A stretch of 40,860 bases of DNA, taken from positions 1 through 40,860 of the forward strand of contig CBFDDQ010000001.1 of the NCBI GenBank assembly GCA_965603615.1. The letters run 5' to 3'. How positions within the stretch are numbered: position 1 is the first letter of the stretch; the number at the start of each line of letters is the position of its first letter. This DNA is from Candidatus Woesearchaeota archaeon (GTDB lineage: Archaea > Nanobdellota > Nanobdellia > SCGC-AAA011-G17 > JACPIM01). This document shows, piece after piece, positions 18,101-27,073 of the stretch. Made by a program: the position numbers and the translations under genes. The notes under the pieces were generated by a model. It was not told where the DNA came from and made no database searches. It saw nothing but the letters and a program-made list of their open reading frames with translations.

Positions 18101-18605
18101 CACATAAAGCAACAAAAACACAAACCGCTGTAGTGCCAGCACTTCTTATTGGACCAGAAAAATACAAAGCAAAATAATCTTCTCCTTTTTTAGTTTTCTT
18201 TAATTCCAACCTTGTAAAACCTTCTAAAGGGCTAGATACAATACCATTAGTAATATAAGCCAAACCCACTCTTAACCCAATCTCAATTGCTTGTTTTTTA
18301 TCCTCAAACTCACAAAATTTTTTTTGAGCAACCTCAAGAGCAATTATAAAAGCAACTCTCCAGTCCTGCAAACCATATTCATTCTCTAATTCCCCAATCC
18401 TTTTAATTAAACCAGAATTTTTTATTTTAGGAAAAATAGTAGAAATCAAGCTTTCAACTCTTTCAGCCATATTTTCAGCAACTAATATTTCAGCTTTTTC
18501 TTCAGGATCATATCCTTTCTTCCTTGCATTATTGGCAACTACAAAACTTCTTCCAACTTGTTTGTCAAACTCTGCAAAATAATCCCTTATCTGCTTGCTC
18601 ATCAT
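15177..18605 (-). CDS. polD2: DNA polymerase II (PolD) large subunit DP2
   Basis: 1142 aa. Typical DP2 N-terminus (YF...GYDPE...VE). Internal Cys clusters CENCKLETIYSNCEVCGNK and CRLCG. C-terminal Zn finger CVSCNEKYRRPPLLGKCVKCDGKL. The size gives no sign of an intein. Confidence 0.95.
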   Translation of the reverse strand: MMSKQIRDYFAEFDKQVGRSFVVANNARKKGYDPEEKAEILVAENMAERVESLISTIFPKIKNSGLIKRIGELENEYGLQDWRVAFIIALEVAQKKFCEFEDKKQAIEIGLRVGLAYITNGIVSSPLEGFTRLELKKTKKGEDYFALYFSGPIRSAGTTAVCVFVALCDYVRSKTGYSAYDASDEESKRMITELRDFHERVTNLQYFPSEDEIEFLVKNLPVQIEGESTEKYEVSNYKDLERVEGNVLSNGRCLVMGEGLAQKAAKFWGKFSKWNKDFDMKHWDFLEKFVKLQKKIKAKGEKAEESKDKIRPDYTFIKDLVAGRPVFTHPLAKGGFRLRYGRCRTSGLSAQAIHPATMVVLNGFIASGTQLKVERPGKASTYMSCDSIEGPIVKLNNGSVVFLENEEMAKKYVKNIEEILYLGDVLINYGDFFDRAHVLVPCGYNEEWWMAETGIDKREVDVDEAIKLCNENKIPLHPHYVFHWKDINKKQFKSLIEWLKKGKLDEEKVVLPYIYDIDLELSDEDPKRALEILGVPHRVVAKEHVVIENEWAKAFLFSIGGTSVFNINLDDFPNVLSVVNKLSGVKIHDKSGVFIGGRMGRPEKSKMRKMTGSPQVLFPVGKEGGRLRCFQSALDKGFVRGQFPLRYCENCKLETIYSNCEVCGNKTKQNNYCRLCGSSDCNNPVHDKLNYKTKKIDIKHYFDCALKKLGTRHYPELIKGVRGTSNKDHVPENLVKGILRAKYGLYVNKDGTIRYDMTEMPITHFKPKEIRISLSKLKELGYNEDIYGNELKKRDQILELKPQDIILPSCPDTLDDKADETLFKISKFIDEELEKLYDLEGFYNLENEDDLIGQLVIAMSPHTCAGIVGRIIGFSELQGLLAHPYFHCFMRRDCDGDEAGIMLLMDALLNFSRKYLPAHRGANQDEPLVLTTRLIPSEVDDMVYNMDIVDKYPLEFYEAASEFKMPWDVKIKKVNDVLGKKEQYEGFMFTHDVEDINNCVKCSAYKRLPTMQEKVNGQMEIAEKLRAVDEMDVARLVIERHFVRDIKGNLRKFSMQQFRCVSCNEKYRRPPLLGKCVKCDGKLLFTIAQGSVVKYLQSSLDLAKKYKLPAYLQQTLQLTKARIESVFGKEKEKQQGLGEFIK

Positions 18606-20242
18606 TTTTCAAAATTTAGCATCTTTACCTCTCTTGTTTTTAAATTAACAAACATAGCCTTGCATGGATCTGGATGTATACCCATTTTTTCCATAAAAGG
18701 TGTTTGCTCCTGCCAGCAACTGCAGCCTAACAAAGTAATATTATTATAATTTAAAGCAGCAGTTCTATGTAAATGAGCTGTTGCAAAAAAATCTGGTATT
18801 TTATCTATAACCAGAGGATCTTCCTTACAATCAGGAATATAAAGTGTAGATGTGTGAGTTGGTGCTAAATGTCTCCTTTGCAATAAAAATTTCATAATTA
18901 AATCAACTCTATCAGTTCCTCCATTCATTCTTATACTCTCAACAGTATCTGCAAAATATTGAAAACTATATCCATGATATAATAAAATATCAAAACCAGG
19001 AAAATCTTTTGAAGAATGAATATTAACCCAACTAGGATTTGTTGTCATCACAACATTTTTTAAATCCCATAAAGATTCAGCTAAATTTTTATCCAAAACA
19101 GGTTGCGGCTCAGCAATTCTAAGAGCATCATGATTTCCAGGTGTTATAATTATAATTATATCATCTCTGATTTTAGATAACAATTCAGCACATAATATAT
19201 ATTGGTTATAAATATTTTTTATTTTCAGTTCTTTGTCTTGGTTTGGAAATATTCCAACCCCATCAACCAAATCACCAACTATAAATAAATATTTAACACT
19301 TTTAGCTAATTCTTTTTGCTCTTTCCCACCAACTTTACAATTTAACCAATCTACAAAATTTAAAAATTCTTTCTCATGAAACATACTGGAACCAACATGC
19401 ATATCAGCAATAAAAATTGCAGAAACATTATCATCAATTTTCTTTAATTCTTTACTAAGAGGCACTTCAGGAAAAACAATATTATTAACAAAAATTATTT
19501 TATCCCCAGAGTTTCCAATTACACCAATAACCTCATCATGAACCAAATCCTTGGCCAAATCATAAACTTCTTTTTTATTTTTAGTTATAACAGCTTTTAT
19601 AGAACCTGTAGAATCTTCTAATTCAAGCATTATATTTCCTTTTTTAGTAATTGTTTTATTAGAAACAAAACCAATCACAGAAACATAATCATTTTCTCTC
19701 CTGTTCAGCACCCTACTTATAGAAACCACACTAGATAATTCAGATCTTGTCAACAAAATTTTTTTCAAACTCTCATAACGATTCCTAAAATATTGAACAA
19801 AATCCCTTACCTCTCTTTTTTTGCTATAATCTTCCTCATAATTTCTAAGAACAATAACACTTGAATTTAATTCTTCTTTATCAGGAATAACAACATCATC
19901 AGGTTGTTTTACTTCCTCTATTATTTTGTTAATAAATTTTTTTTTCTCATCAGATATATTATAGTAAAGCATATCTAAAAAAGTTTTGTATATTTTTTTA
20001 TCTTTTCCTTTTTCAAATAAAGATTTGCTTTTTTCAAATTCAAACCAGTTTAAATCACCTATCTTGCCATTTTTTAAAACATACAAAATATTTTTGTCTA
20101 AAATAATAGGTTTATCTTTAGATTCTATTTTAGAATTTAAAGACTGAATAATATTATAATTTTTATCAAAATTATCTAAAAAATCAGGACTAACTAAATA
20201 ATTTCTCGTTAATAAATGCGAAACAATTTTAGATTTACTCAT
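18602..20242 (-). CDS. polD1: DNA polymerase II (PolD) small subunit DP1
   Basis: 546 aa. OB-fold region followed by calcineurin-like phosphoesterase motifs (FIADMHVGS, IVGDLVDG, PGNHDA, LYHGYS, GHLH-like AHLH). The 4-nt overlaps on both sides indicate an operon. Confidence 0.93.
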   Translation of the reverse strand: MSKSKIVSHLLTRNYLVSPDFLDNFDKNYNIIQSLNSKIESKDKPIILDKNILYVLKNGKIGDLNWFEFEKSKSLFEKGKDKKIYKTFLDMLYYNISDEKKKFINKIIEEVKQPDDVVIPDKEELNSSVIVLRNYEEDYSKKREVRDFVQYFRNRYESLKKILLTRSELSSVVSISRVLNRRENDYVSVIGFVSNKTITKKGNIMLELEDSTGSIKAVITKNKKEVYDLAKDLVHDEVIGVIGNSGDKIIFVNNIVFPEVPLSKELKKIDDNVSAIFIADMHVGSSMFHEKEFLNFVDWLNCKVGGKEQKELAKSVKYLFIVGDLVDGVGIFPNQDKELKIKNIYNQYILCAELLSKIRDDIIIIITPGNHDALRIAEPQPVLDKNLAESLWDLKNVVMTTNPSWVNIHSSKDFPGFDILLYHGYSFQYFADTVESIRMNGGTDRVDLIMKFLLQRRHLAPTHTSTLYIPDCKEDPLVIDKIPDFFATAHLHRTAALNYNNITLLGCSCWQEQTPFMEKMGIHPDPCKAMFVNLKTREVKMLNFEK

Positions 20243-21444
20243 AAATTTAAGCCCTCTTTCAAAATATTAATAATCAAACTAACATGAGAATCTGATATAG
20301 CCGTGCAAATTTCTCTGGTTCTCCCATATCTCCCCTTACTAATAACTTTTGCATTAATTATACCTAGCATATCTAACTCGGCTATTATATCACTAACTCT
20401 TCTTTGTGTTAAAGGTCTCAAACCAGTTTTAAAACAAATAATTTTATAATGTTCATATATATCCCCTGTAAATATAGTTTGTTTTTTTAAACATGTTAAT
20501 AATAATGAATATAGAGTTATTTTAAATTGCTTAGGTTGGGAATTTACTATATCAATCACTCTATCTCTCTCAATTTTATCTTCAGCAACATCAATATTTT
20601 TTATTTCTATTTTTTTCTTATTATTTCTTTCAGTTAATTCTCCGGCAACTCTTAATAATTCTAAAGCTCTTCTTGCATCACCATGTTCCCTAGCAGCATA
20701 AGCAGCACATTTCTCAATCACCCCTTCACTAACAACATTTTTTTTAAAAGCAATTTTAGCCCTTTGCTTTAAAATTTTTTGTAATTGAATGGCATTATAA
20801 GGTGGAAAAACCATTTCTTCTTCACTTAAACTACTTTTCACTCTAGGGTCTAAATTATCTGTAAATAACAAATCATTGCTTATACCTAATATACTTATTT
20901 GGCTATTTTTTAATTCAGAATTTAATCTGGTAAAATTATATAATATTCCATCTCCAGCTTTGTTGACTAATTGATCAATTTCATCAAGAATTAATATTAA
21001 TAAAATTTTTTCTTTATCTAAAGAATTTAAAAACATTTTATATATTTCATCTGTTGGTAAACCAGTAACAGGTACTTTATTGCCAAACTCCCTAGCTAAT
21101 TGTGCCACAAGTCTATATTCAGTATCAGCTATTCTTTTTAATTTACAATTTAAATAAAAAATTTTTAAATTAAATTTATTTTTATTAGAAATTTTTATTA
21201 TATGATCTGTAACATGTTTCACACAAAGAGTTTTACCTGTACCAGTTCTTCCATAACAAAAAATATTTGAAGGTTTTTCATTTTTTAAAGAAGGAGCTAA
21301 TATTCCTGCTAAAGTTTTAATTTGACTATCTCTATGTGAAATATTTTTTGGTGTGTAATTTATTTGTAAAGATTTTTTATTTTTAAATATAGAATCTTTT
21401 TTTAAATAATTTTCAAAAAAACCATCCAACCCTTTTTGTGCCAT
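20239..21444 (-). CDS. orc1: Orc1/Cdc6 replication initiator
   Basis: 401 aa. Walker A is CYGRTGTGKT and Walker B is LILILDEID. Sensor motifs are present. The C-terminal winged helix is VSDIIAELDMLGII...GRYGRT. Confidence 0.93.
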   Translation of the reverse strand: MAQKGLDGFFENYLKKDSIFKNKKSLQINYTPKNISHRDSQIKTLAGILAPSLKNEKPSNIFCYGRTGTGKTLCVKHVTDHIIKISNKNKFNLKIFYLNCKLKRIADTEYRLVAQLAREFGNKVPVTGLPTDEIYKMFLNSLDKEKILLILILDEIDQLVNKAGDGILYNFTRLNSELKNSQISILGISNDLLFTDNLDPRVKSSLSEEEMVFPPYNAIQLQKILKQRAKIAFKKNVVSEGVIEKCAAYAAREHGDARRALELLRVAGELTERNNKKKIEIKNIDVAEDKIERDRVIDIVNSQPKQFKITLYSLLLTCLKKQTIFTGDIYEHYKIICFKTGLRPLTQRRVSDIIAELDMLGIINAKVISKGRYGRTREICTAISDSHVSLIINILKEGLNL

Positions 21445-21962
21445 AACAGTTTATAAAATCTATTTTTGTATTTAAATATTTATACTCCATGTCCTATATT
21501 TCCTATAGAACTTAATTTTATAAAAAAATTAGTAAAATTTTATAATCACTCAAAAATGAACACCTTCATTTCCTGTAGAGAATTATCTATTTTATAATAT
21601 TATATCTTAAAATATATATAATATTATATAGAAAAATTTATAATAGAAATTTATAACAACTATATAAAAACAACAAACTATCACTTCTTTAAAATAAAAT
21701 AAAATTTCTATTTATCATATTTTTATAGTTAATATATAAAATAAAACATTAAAAATTTAATTTTTATTAAAAATCTCCATATGAAATAAAGGTCTCTCTC
21801 ACCTTCTTATATTTAATAAAAAATACTTTTATAGGAAGTAAAGGTTAAGTATTAACTAAGATTTATAACAAATTAAACATATATTTTATAGTATATAATA
21901 ATCAATTCATAACTAAAAAACACGGAAAACTTTATAAATAAGTATCATTATTTTATATTAAC
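21445..21962. other. Candidate chromosomal replication origin (oriC) with ORB-like repeats flanking an extremely AT-rich unwinding region
   Basis: 518-bp non-coding gap directly upstream of orc1. atttcctataga (21498..21509) and atttcctgtaga (21568..21579) are direct repeats 70 bp apart. An inverted copy cttttataggaagt sits at 21826..21839. Almost pure A/T runs lie between them at 21590..21780. Confidence 0.6.
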
Positions 21963-22226
21963 ATGGCAGAAGATGATAAAAAATATTCTAAACAATTAAT
22001 AGGAAAAACAGTAGTTACAAAATCAGGTAAAAAATTTGGTGAAGTAGGAAACATAATTTTTGAAACAAGAACAGGGGAATTAATACAAATTACATTAAAA
22101 AACCCTACATCCTATACAGAAGGTTTAGAATTAGAAAAAAGTGATGAAGGTACTCTACTTATACCATTTTCATCAGTTATAGCAATTGGAGACTTTTTAG
22201 TAATATCAGAAGAAGATATTGTATAA
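21963..22226 (+). CDS. PRC-barrel domain protein
   Basis: 87 aa. LIGKTVVTKSGKKFGEVGNIIFETRTGELIQI...IPFSSVIAIGDFLVI is the PRC-barrel pattern. Confidence 0.7.
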   Translation: MAEDDKKYSKQLIGKTVVTKSGKKFGEVGNIIFETRTGELIQITLKNPTSYTEGLELEKSDEGTLLIPFSSVIAIGDFLVISEEDIV

Positions 22227-22267
22227 ACATAAGATTTATTAACTAATTCTTAATAAAATTAACTTCT

Positions 22268-24139
22268 ATGAATATAAATTCAACAAAAGATATTAAGGTA
22301 TCAGATCAAATACACAAACAAATAATTGGGCAAGATTCAGCTTTAGAACTAATTAAAAAAGCAGCTAAACAAAAAAGAAATATACTGTTAATAGGAGATC
22401 CAGGTACAGGAAAGTCATTATTAGGACAGGCACTAGCAGAACTGCTACCAAAAGAAAAATTATCAGATATAATAACATACCCAAATCCAATAGATGACCA
22501 TAATCCATTAATTAAAACACTCCCAAAAAGTAAAGGAAAAGAAATTATAGAAAGAGCAAAACTAAAATCATCTACATCTTTTAAAAATCAAACTATAATA
22601 CTTTTATTATTCACATTATTTATTTCTCTAATACCTTACTATTTTTATTCAAAAAAAATATTTCCATTTGATGAACCTATAGTATATGCAGCTTCAATGA
22701 TAACAGGAGTATTTTTTATTATAGGATTTATTATATTTATCAACCTAAATAAGAGATTTAAAAATACAAAAGAAGGAATTCCAAAATTATTAATAGATAA
22801 TTCAAAGAAAGACAAATCACCTTTCATAGATGCATCAGGAGCCCATGCAGGAGCATTATTAGGAGATGTGCTTCATGATCCGCTTCAAAGTGGAAATTTA
22901 GGAACACCAGCACATGAAAGATTAATATCAGGAATGATACACAAAGCTAATGGAGGAGTTCTTTTCATAGATGAAATAGCTAATCTAAAGCTAGAATCCC
23001 AACAAGAGCTTCTAACAGCAATTCAGGAAAAAAAATATCCTATAACAGGACAATCAGAAAGATCTTCAGGAGCAATGGTAAGATCAGAACAAGTGCCTTG
23101 TAACTTTATCTTAGTAGCTGCAGGAAATATTCATACAATAAAAAATATGCATCCTGCTTTGAGATCAAGAATTAGAGGTTATGGTTATGAAATATATATG
23201 AATAATGATATGCCAGACACAAAAGAGAATAGAAACAAAATCACACAATTTATAGCACAAGAGATAAAAAAAGACACAAAAATACCACACTTCAACAAAC
23301 AAGCAATAAATAAAATCATAGAAGAAGCAAAAAGAAGATCAAATATTTCAGAAAAACTTACCTTAAGATTAAGGGATCTAGGGGGATTAATTAGAGCAGC
23401 TGGTGACTTAGCTCTAGAAGAAAAAGCACCTTTAGTAACAGCAAGTCACGTAGAAAGAGCAAAACAACTGGCAAGAACTTTAGAACATCAAATAGCAGAT
23501 AAATATATAGAAAATAAGAAAAAATATAATATAATAATCACGCAAGGAACAAAAATAGGAAGGGTTAATGGATTGGCAGTTATAGGCTCAGAATCTTCAT
23601 TTTCAGGAATAGTTCTGCCAATAGAGTCAGAAGTCACATATGGCGGAAAAAAAGCAGAAATAATAGCAACAGGAAAATTAGGAAAAATAGCAAAAGAAGC
23701 AGTACAAAATGTATCAGCTATAATTCTCAAATATTTTGGTAAGGATATCAAAGAAAAATATGATATTTTTGTTCAGTTCTTACAAACAGCAGATTCTGGT
23801 GTTGAAGGAGATTCAGCATCAATAGCAGTAGCAACAGCTATCATTTCAGCCTTCCAAAAAATACCAATAAAGCAAGATACAGCTTTAACAGGTTCTTTGT
23901 CAGTTAGAGGGGAAGTATTAGCTGTAGGTGGTGTATCATCAAAAATTGAAGCTGCAATAGATGCAGGTATTAAAAATGTTATAATCCCAGAAGCAAATGA
24001 AAAAGATATAATTATATCAAAAAATAAGCTCTCAAAAATAAAGATAATTCCAGTTTCAACAATCAATGAAGTTCTTGAAAATGCCCTGGACTGGAAGGGT
24101 AAACAAGCAATACTTAGAAAAATAAAAACCTTTAAATAA
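22268..24139 (+). CDS. lonB: Archaeal membrane-bound Lon protease (LonB)
   Basis: 623 aa. Walker A is GDPGTGKS. Two TM helices are inserted in the AAA module ([31 protein letters not shown]). Walker B is VLFIDEI. The protease domain has Ser in GDSASIAVA and Lys in SSKIEAA. Confidence 0.93.
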   Translation: MNINSTKDIKVSDQIHKQIIGQDSALELIKKAAKQKRNILLIGDPGTGKSLLGQALAELLPKEKLSDIITYPNPIDDHNPLIKTLPKSKGKEIIERAKLKSSTSFKNQTIILLLFTLFISLIPYYFYSKKIFPFDEPIVYAASMITGVFFIIGFIIFINLNKRFKNTKEGIPKLLIDNSKKDKSPFIDASGAHAGALLGDVLHDPLQSGNLGTPAHERLISGMIHKANGGVLFIDEIANLKLESQQELLTAIQEKKYPITGQSERSSGAMVRSEQVPCNFILVAAGNIHTIKNMHPALRSRIRGYGYEIYMNNDMPDTKENRNKITQFIAQEIKKDTKIPHFNKQAINKIIEEAKRRSNISEKLTLRLRDLGGLIRAAGDLALEEKAPLVTASHVERAKQLARTLEHQIADKYIENKKKYNIIITQGTKIGRVNGLAVIGSESSFSGIVLPIESEVTYGGKKAEIIATGKLGKIAKEAVQNVSAIILKYFGKDIKEKYDIFVQFLQTADSGVEGDSASIAVATAIISAFQKIPIKQDTALTGSLSVRGEVLAVGGVSSKIEAAIDAGIKNVIIPEANEKDIIISKNKLSKIKIIPVSTINEVLENALDWKGKQAILRKIKTFK

Positions 24140-24160
24140 TCCCTCAATTATTAAAAAACC

Positions 24161-24592
24161 ATGCCAATTGTAGGATTTAACTTTGAAAAAGTAAGTGTAG
24201 AAAAAAAGAACCCAATAAAAGGTAAAATACAAATAAAGAGTAATGCATCAATCACAAATGTAAATGAAGAAAAATTACCAACAGGCAAAACAAAAATGGA
24301 TGGTTTAAAATTTAATTTTGAATTTAATATAGACTATACCCCAAGCATTGGTAATATAAATCTAAAAGGTCATATATTCTTCCTAGATGATCCAAAGATA
24401 ATTAAAGATATTGTAAGACAATACAAAAAAGAAAAAAAATTATCACCAGAAATTACAGCACAGATAATAAACACAATCTTGCTAAAATCAACAACCAAAG
24501 CCTTAACTCTTGCACAGGAAGTTAATCTGCCACCACACTTGCCACTGCCTCAAATTACTCAAAAAAACAACCCTAAAAATTATATAGGTTAA
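24161..24592 (+). CDS. Hypothetical protein, tentatively SecB-like chaperone fold
   Basis: 143 aa. The beta-rich N-terminal part and the C-terminal INTILLKSTTKALTLAQEVNLPPHLPLPQI recall the SecB C-terminus (...FP-P-L-L-P-x-N). This is a weak, by-eye assignment. Confidence 0.4.
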   Translation: MPIVGFNFEKVSVEKKNPIKGKIQIKSNASITNVNEEKLPTGKTKMDGLKFNFEFNIDYTPSIGNINLKGHIFFLDDPKIIKDIVRQYKKEKKLSPEITAQIINTILLKSTTKALTLAQEVNLPPHLPLPQITQKNNPKNYIG

Positions 24593-24609
24593 TTCCTTTT
24601 TCTTTAGTT

Positions 24610-25152
24610 ATGTATACAAGGATTAAAAAAATTAAGGGTATAGAATATGCTTATCTAGTAAAGAGTTACTGGTCTAAAAGAAAGAAAACACCAAAACAAA
24701 AAACAGTAAAATATTTGGGTAAAGTCTACAAACTTAAAAAGACAAAAAATATCTCTTTAGAAAAATATATTAAAATTAAAAATATTGAGGATTATTATAA
24801 CAAAACTCCTTATAAAAAGATAATACAAGATTTAATTAAACTCGAATTATATAATCATAACTTTAAAAAAATAAGGAAAAACATTTTAGTGTTAAATAAT
24901 ATTGTAATCAACTTTGAAAACAAAAAGATATATGATAAGTTAAATAACAAACAAATTTGTATAGAAATTAATAACAATTTTCTTTCTACTAAAACATTAA
25001 GAAATATAATTAATCTAATAATACCCCCTGGCCTTATAGACTCACAAATTTATAAGCACATAGCAAACTCATTTATATCTGCTGGTATTAATATACCTCA
25101 GGATAAGTTCGTGATATTATCCCAAAAAATCCTTAATAAAATTAAAAAATAA
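24610..25152 (+). CDS. Hypothetical basic protein
   Basis: 180-aa ORF, Lys/Asn-rich. The N-terminus is KGIEYAYLVKSYWSKRKKTPKQKTVKYLGK. No family assigned. Confidence 0.5.
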   Translation: MYTRIKKIKGIEYAYLVKSYWSKRKKTPKQKTVKYLGKVYKLKKTKNISLEKYIKIKNIEDYYNKTPYKKIIQDLIKLELYNHNFKKIRKNILVLNNIVINFENKKIYDKLNNKQICIEINNNFLSTKTLRNIINLIIPPGLIDSQIYKHIANSFISAGINIPQDKFVILSQKILNKIKK

Positions 25153-25160
25153 ATACCTTC

Positions 25161-25181
25161 TTTAAGCCTTTTAGGCTTAAA
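25161..25181 (+). terminator. Hairpin after the 24610..25152 stop
   Basis: tttaagcc-tttta-ggcttaaa forms a perfect 8-bp stem with a 5-nt loop, 9 nt after the stop. Confidence 0.35.
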
Positions 25182-25304
25182 TCTTTGATAAATTAGCTAA
25201 AATTTATTAATGCCTAACAGTCATTATTCACTCATTCATTCACTCACAAAATACTCATTTTATCCCAATAATTTATTTAAACACTCACTATTCACATTCT
25301 AAAC

Positions 25305-25970
25305 ATGGATCCTATCTTTGAAATTAAAATTAAACAGTCTTTTTCTAAAGTTAAAAAAGATATAAACTCACTTAGAGCTGAATTAAGCGAATATAAAGCC
25401 CTATTAAAAGACTTAATTAATAAATTATCCCAACAAATGAAAGAAAAAAATCAAGTAAAAAGAGATAATTTTGTAGTTTCAGAAGAAAATTCATCCGACG
25501 ATAAAAAAATTTCCATAGGAAATAAAGGGGTCTATGCATTCAGTCATTCAGTCATTCATTCACCATTCACTCACTTAAGCACTCATTCAAACACTCAATT
25601 ACAAAAAAATCAAGATTTAACTCTCACTTCTCTCCAAAACAACCAACTTTCTAAACAATTAAGACCTATTCAACCATTGCAAACTCTCACTAACAAGGAA
25701 TTTTTAGTATTCCTCACCATTTATCAATTAGAAAAAGAAATACCTAGAATTACTTATGAAATCTTAGCTAGTAAACTATCTCTCACTTCTGGCTGTATAA
25801 GAAGTTATATCACGTCGTTAATTAGAAAAAAAGCCCCTATTATTAAATCTAAAATAAATAATAAAATTGTAATACTCTCTATTGAACCTTCTTTCAGATC
25901 TCTCACATCTGAGCAAAAATTAATTAATTTATACTATCAAAATGATCTATCACAATCTACTTTAATCTAA
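25305..25970 (+). CDS. Coiled-coil plus C-terminal winged-helix protein
   Basis: 221 aa. N-terminal heptad-like SFSKVKKDINSLRAELSEYKALLKDLINKL. A low-complexity H/S/T linker is encoded by CATTCA/CACTCA repeats. C-terminal wHTH LTNKEFLVFLTIYQLEKE...ILASKLSLTSGCIRSYITSLIRK. Confidence 0.65.
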   Translation: MDPIFEIKIKQSFSKVKKDINSLRAELSEYKALLKDLINKLSQQMKEKNQVKRDNFVVSEENSSDDKKISIGNKGVYAFSHSVIHSPFTHLSTHSNTQLQKNQDLTLTSLQNNQLSKQLRPIQPLQTLTNKEFLVFLTIYQLEKEIPRITYEILASKLSLTSGCIRSYITSLIRKKAPIIKSKINNKIVILSIEPSFRSLTSEQKLINLYYQNDLSQSTLI

Positions 25971-26028
25971 TTTTTTATTTGTAATTTGTTGTTTTTATCC
26001 AAAATTACTAATTTTTCTTTAAATTAAG

Positions 26029-26077
26029 CGTAAGTTACGCGTAACTTACGTAAGTAGAAGTGTAACTTACGCGTAAC
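26029..26077. promoter_or_regulatory. GC-rich palindromic operator-like element
   Basis: Perfect 22-bp palindrome cgtaagttacgcgtaacttacg (26029..26050). A third copy gtaacttacgcgtaac lies at 26062..26077. It sits about 50-95 bp upstream of the 26126 wHTH gene. Confidence 0.5.
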
Positions 26078-26125
26078 CAAAGTATCTACGAAAGATATAA
26101 ATATACTCAAAATATAGAATTAAAT

Positions 26126-26692
26126 ATGGTTTGGTGGTTATTTTCAAAAAAAAAAGAGGTAATTCATCCTCATATTAAAAAAATAGAAGATACTCTAAAA
26201 AATTCCTTTAATAATATAAAGACAGATATTTCTATAGTTAATTCTCATATCCACAAACATAAAAATCATATAGATACCGTCCATAAAAGATTAGAAAAAT
26301 TAGAGCAAGGAATTTCTTATCTTTATAATAAATTAGAAAACTTTAATCCAGAGTTAGATATAGATGAAGAATTTATTATAAATAAAGAAAAAATAATAAA
26401 CAACCTAACAACTGTTCAAAGATCAATCTTAATAAGGTTAGCAAATCTACAAACAGAATCAGCTGAATCCTGGATCTCAGCAAAAAACTTAACAGAAGAA
26501 CTTTACCCTGAAAAAGAATATAGTAAAATTAGGCCTATGATGTCTGATTACCTTAATATTTTATTAGATTTTGGATTAATAAACAAAGTAAGAAAAAGAA
26601 GGCAAACATATGTTTCTTTAACAAAAAAAGCATTAAAGTTAATACCAAAAAATAAACAAAAAAAATTGATTAAAATAATAGAGAGACATTAA
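26126..26692 (+). CDS. Coiled-coil plus C-terminal winged-helix protein (same architecture as 25305..25970)
   Basis: 188 aa. N-terminal LKNSFNNIKTDISIVNSHI...LEKLEQGISYLYNKL. C-terminal LTTVQRSILIRLANLQ...YLNILLDFGLINKVRKRRQTYVSLT. Confidence 0.65.
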   Translation: MVWWLFSKKKEVIHPHIKKIEDTLKNSFNNIKTDISIVNSHIHKHKNHIDTVHKRLEKLEQGISYLYNKLENFNPELDIDEEFIINKEKIINNLTTVQRSILIRLANLQTESAESWISAKNLTEELYPEKEYSKIRPMMSDYLNILLDFGLINKVRKRRQTYVSLTKKALKLIPKNKQKKLIKIIERH

Positions 26693-26750
26693 TTCTATTG
26701 AAAATATTTATAAACTAAAAGCACTTAATAAATTAGAGGTGATTCACTTG

Positions 26751-26954
26751 ATGAAATATTTGAAAAAGAAGGTTAAAAAATTAGATGTTCTAGATCTAAA
26801 ATTAATGCATGCAGGAATGCTGTTTTTAACATTATTTGCATTGTTACTTATCCCACAATTTATGAATTGGTTGCACAGGCAAAACAAATGGATAATGTTA
26901 ATTATTGCAGTAGTATTATTTGCAAGACCTTGCTATAAATTTTGGAAAAAATAA
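26751..26954 (+). CDS. Small membrane protein
   Basis: The ATG at 26751 is preceded by agaggtga, whereas the track uses a GTG at 26739. There are two hydrophobic segments. Confidence 0.45.
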   Translation: MKYLKKKVKKLDVLDLKLMHAGMLFLTLFALLLIPQFMNWLHRQNKWIMLIIAVVLFARPCYKFWKK

Positions 26955-26955
26955 A

Positions 26956-26979
26956 TAAAACTTTTAAGCAAAAATCAAA
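26956..26979 (+). repeat. 24-bp repeat, copy A (taaaacttttaagcaaaaatcaaa)
   Basis: Identical to copy B. It lies 2 nt after the stop codon of the upstream gene and starts 118 nt before the next start codon. Confidence 0.8.
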
Positions 26980-27073
26980 GAATTTTAAAGCATTTTTAGA
27001 CTAATTACCACTAAGAAGTAAAAACAAATAGAAAGATTTATAAGGAATAAAATATTTAAATAATTCTAGAAAA

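Noticed and set aside
15177-21444. Inteins in PolD or Orc1/Cdc6.
   Set aside because: The protein lengths (1142, 546 and 401 aa) and the continuous family motifs leave no room for an intein, and no intein block motifs were noticed.
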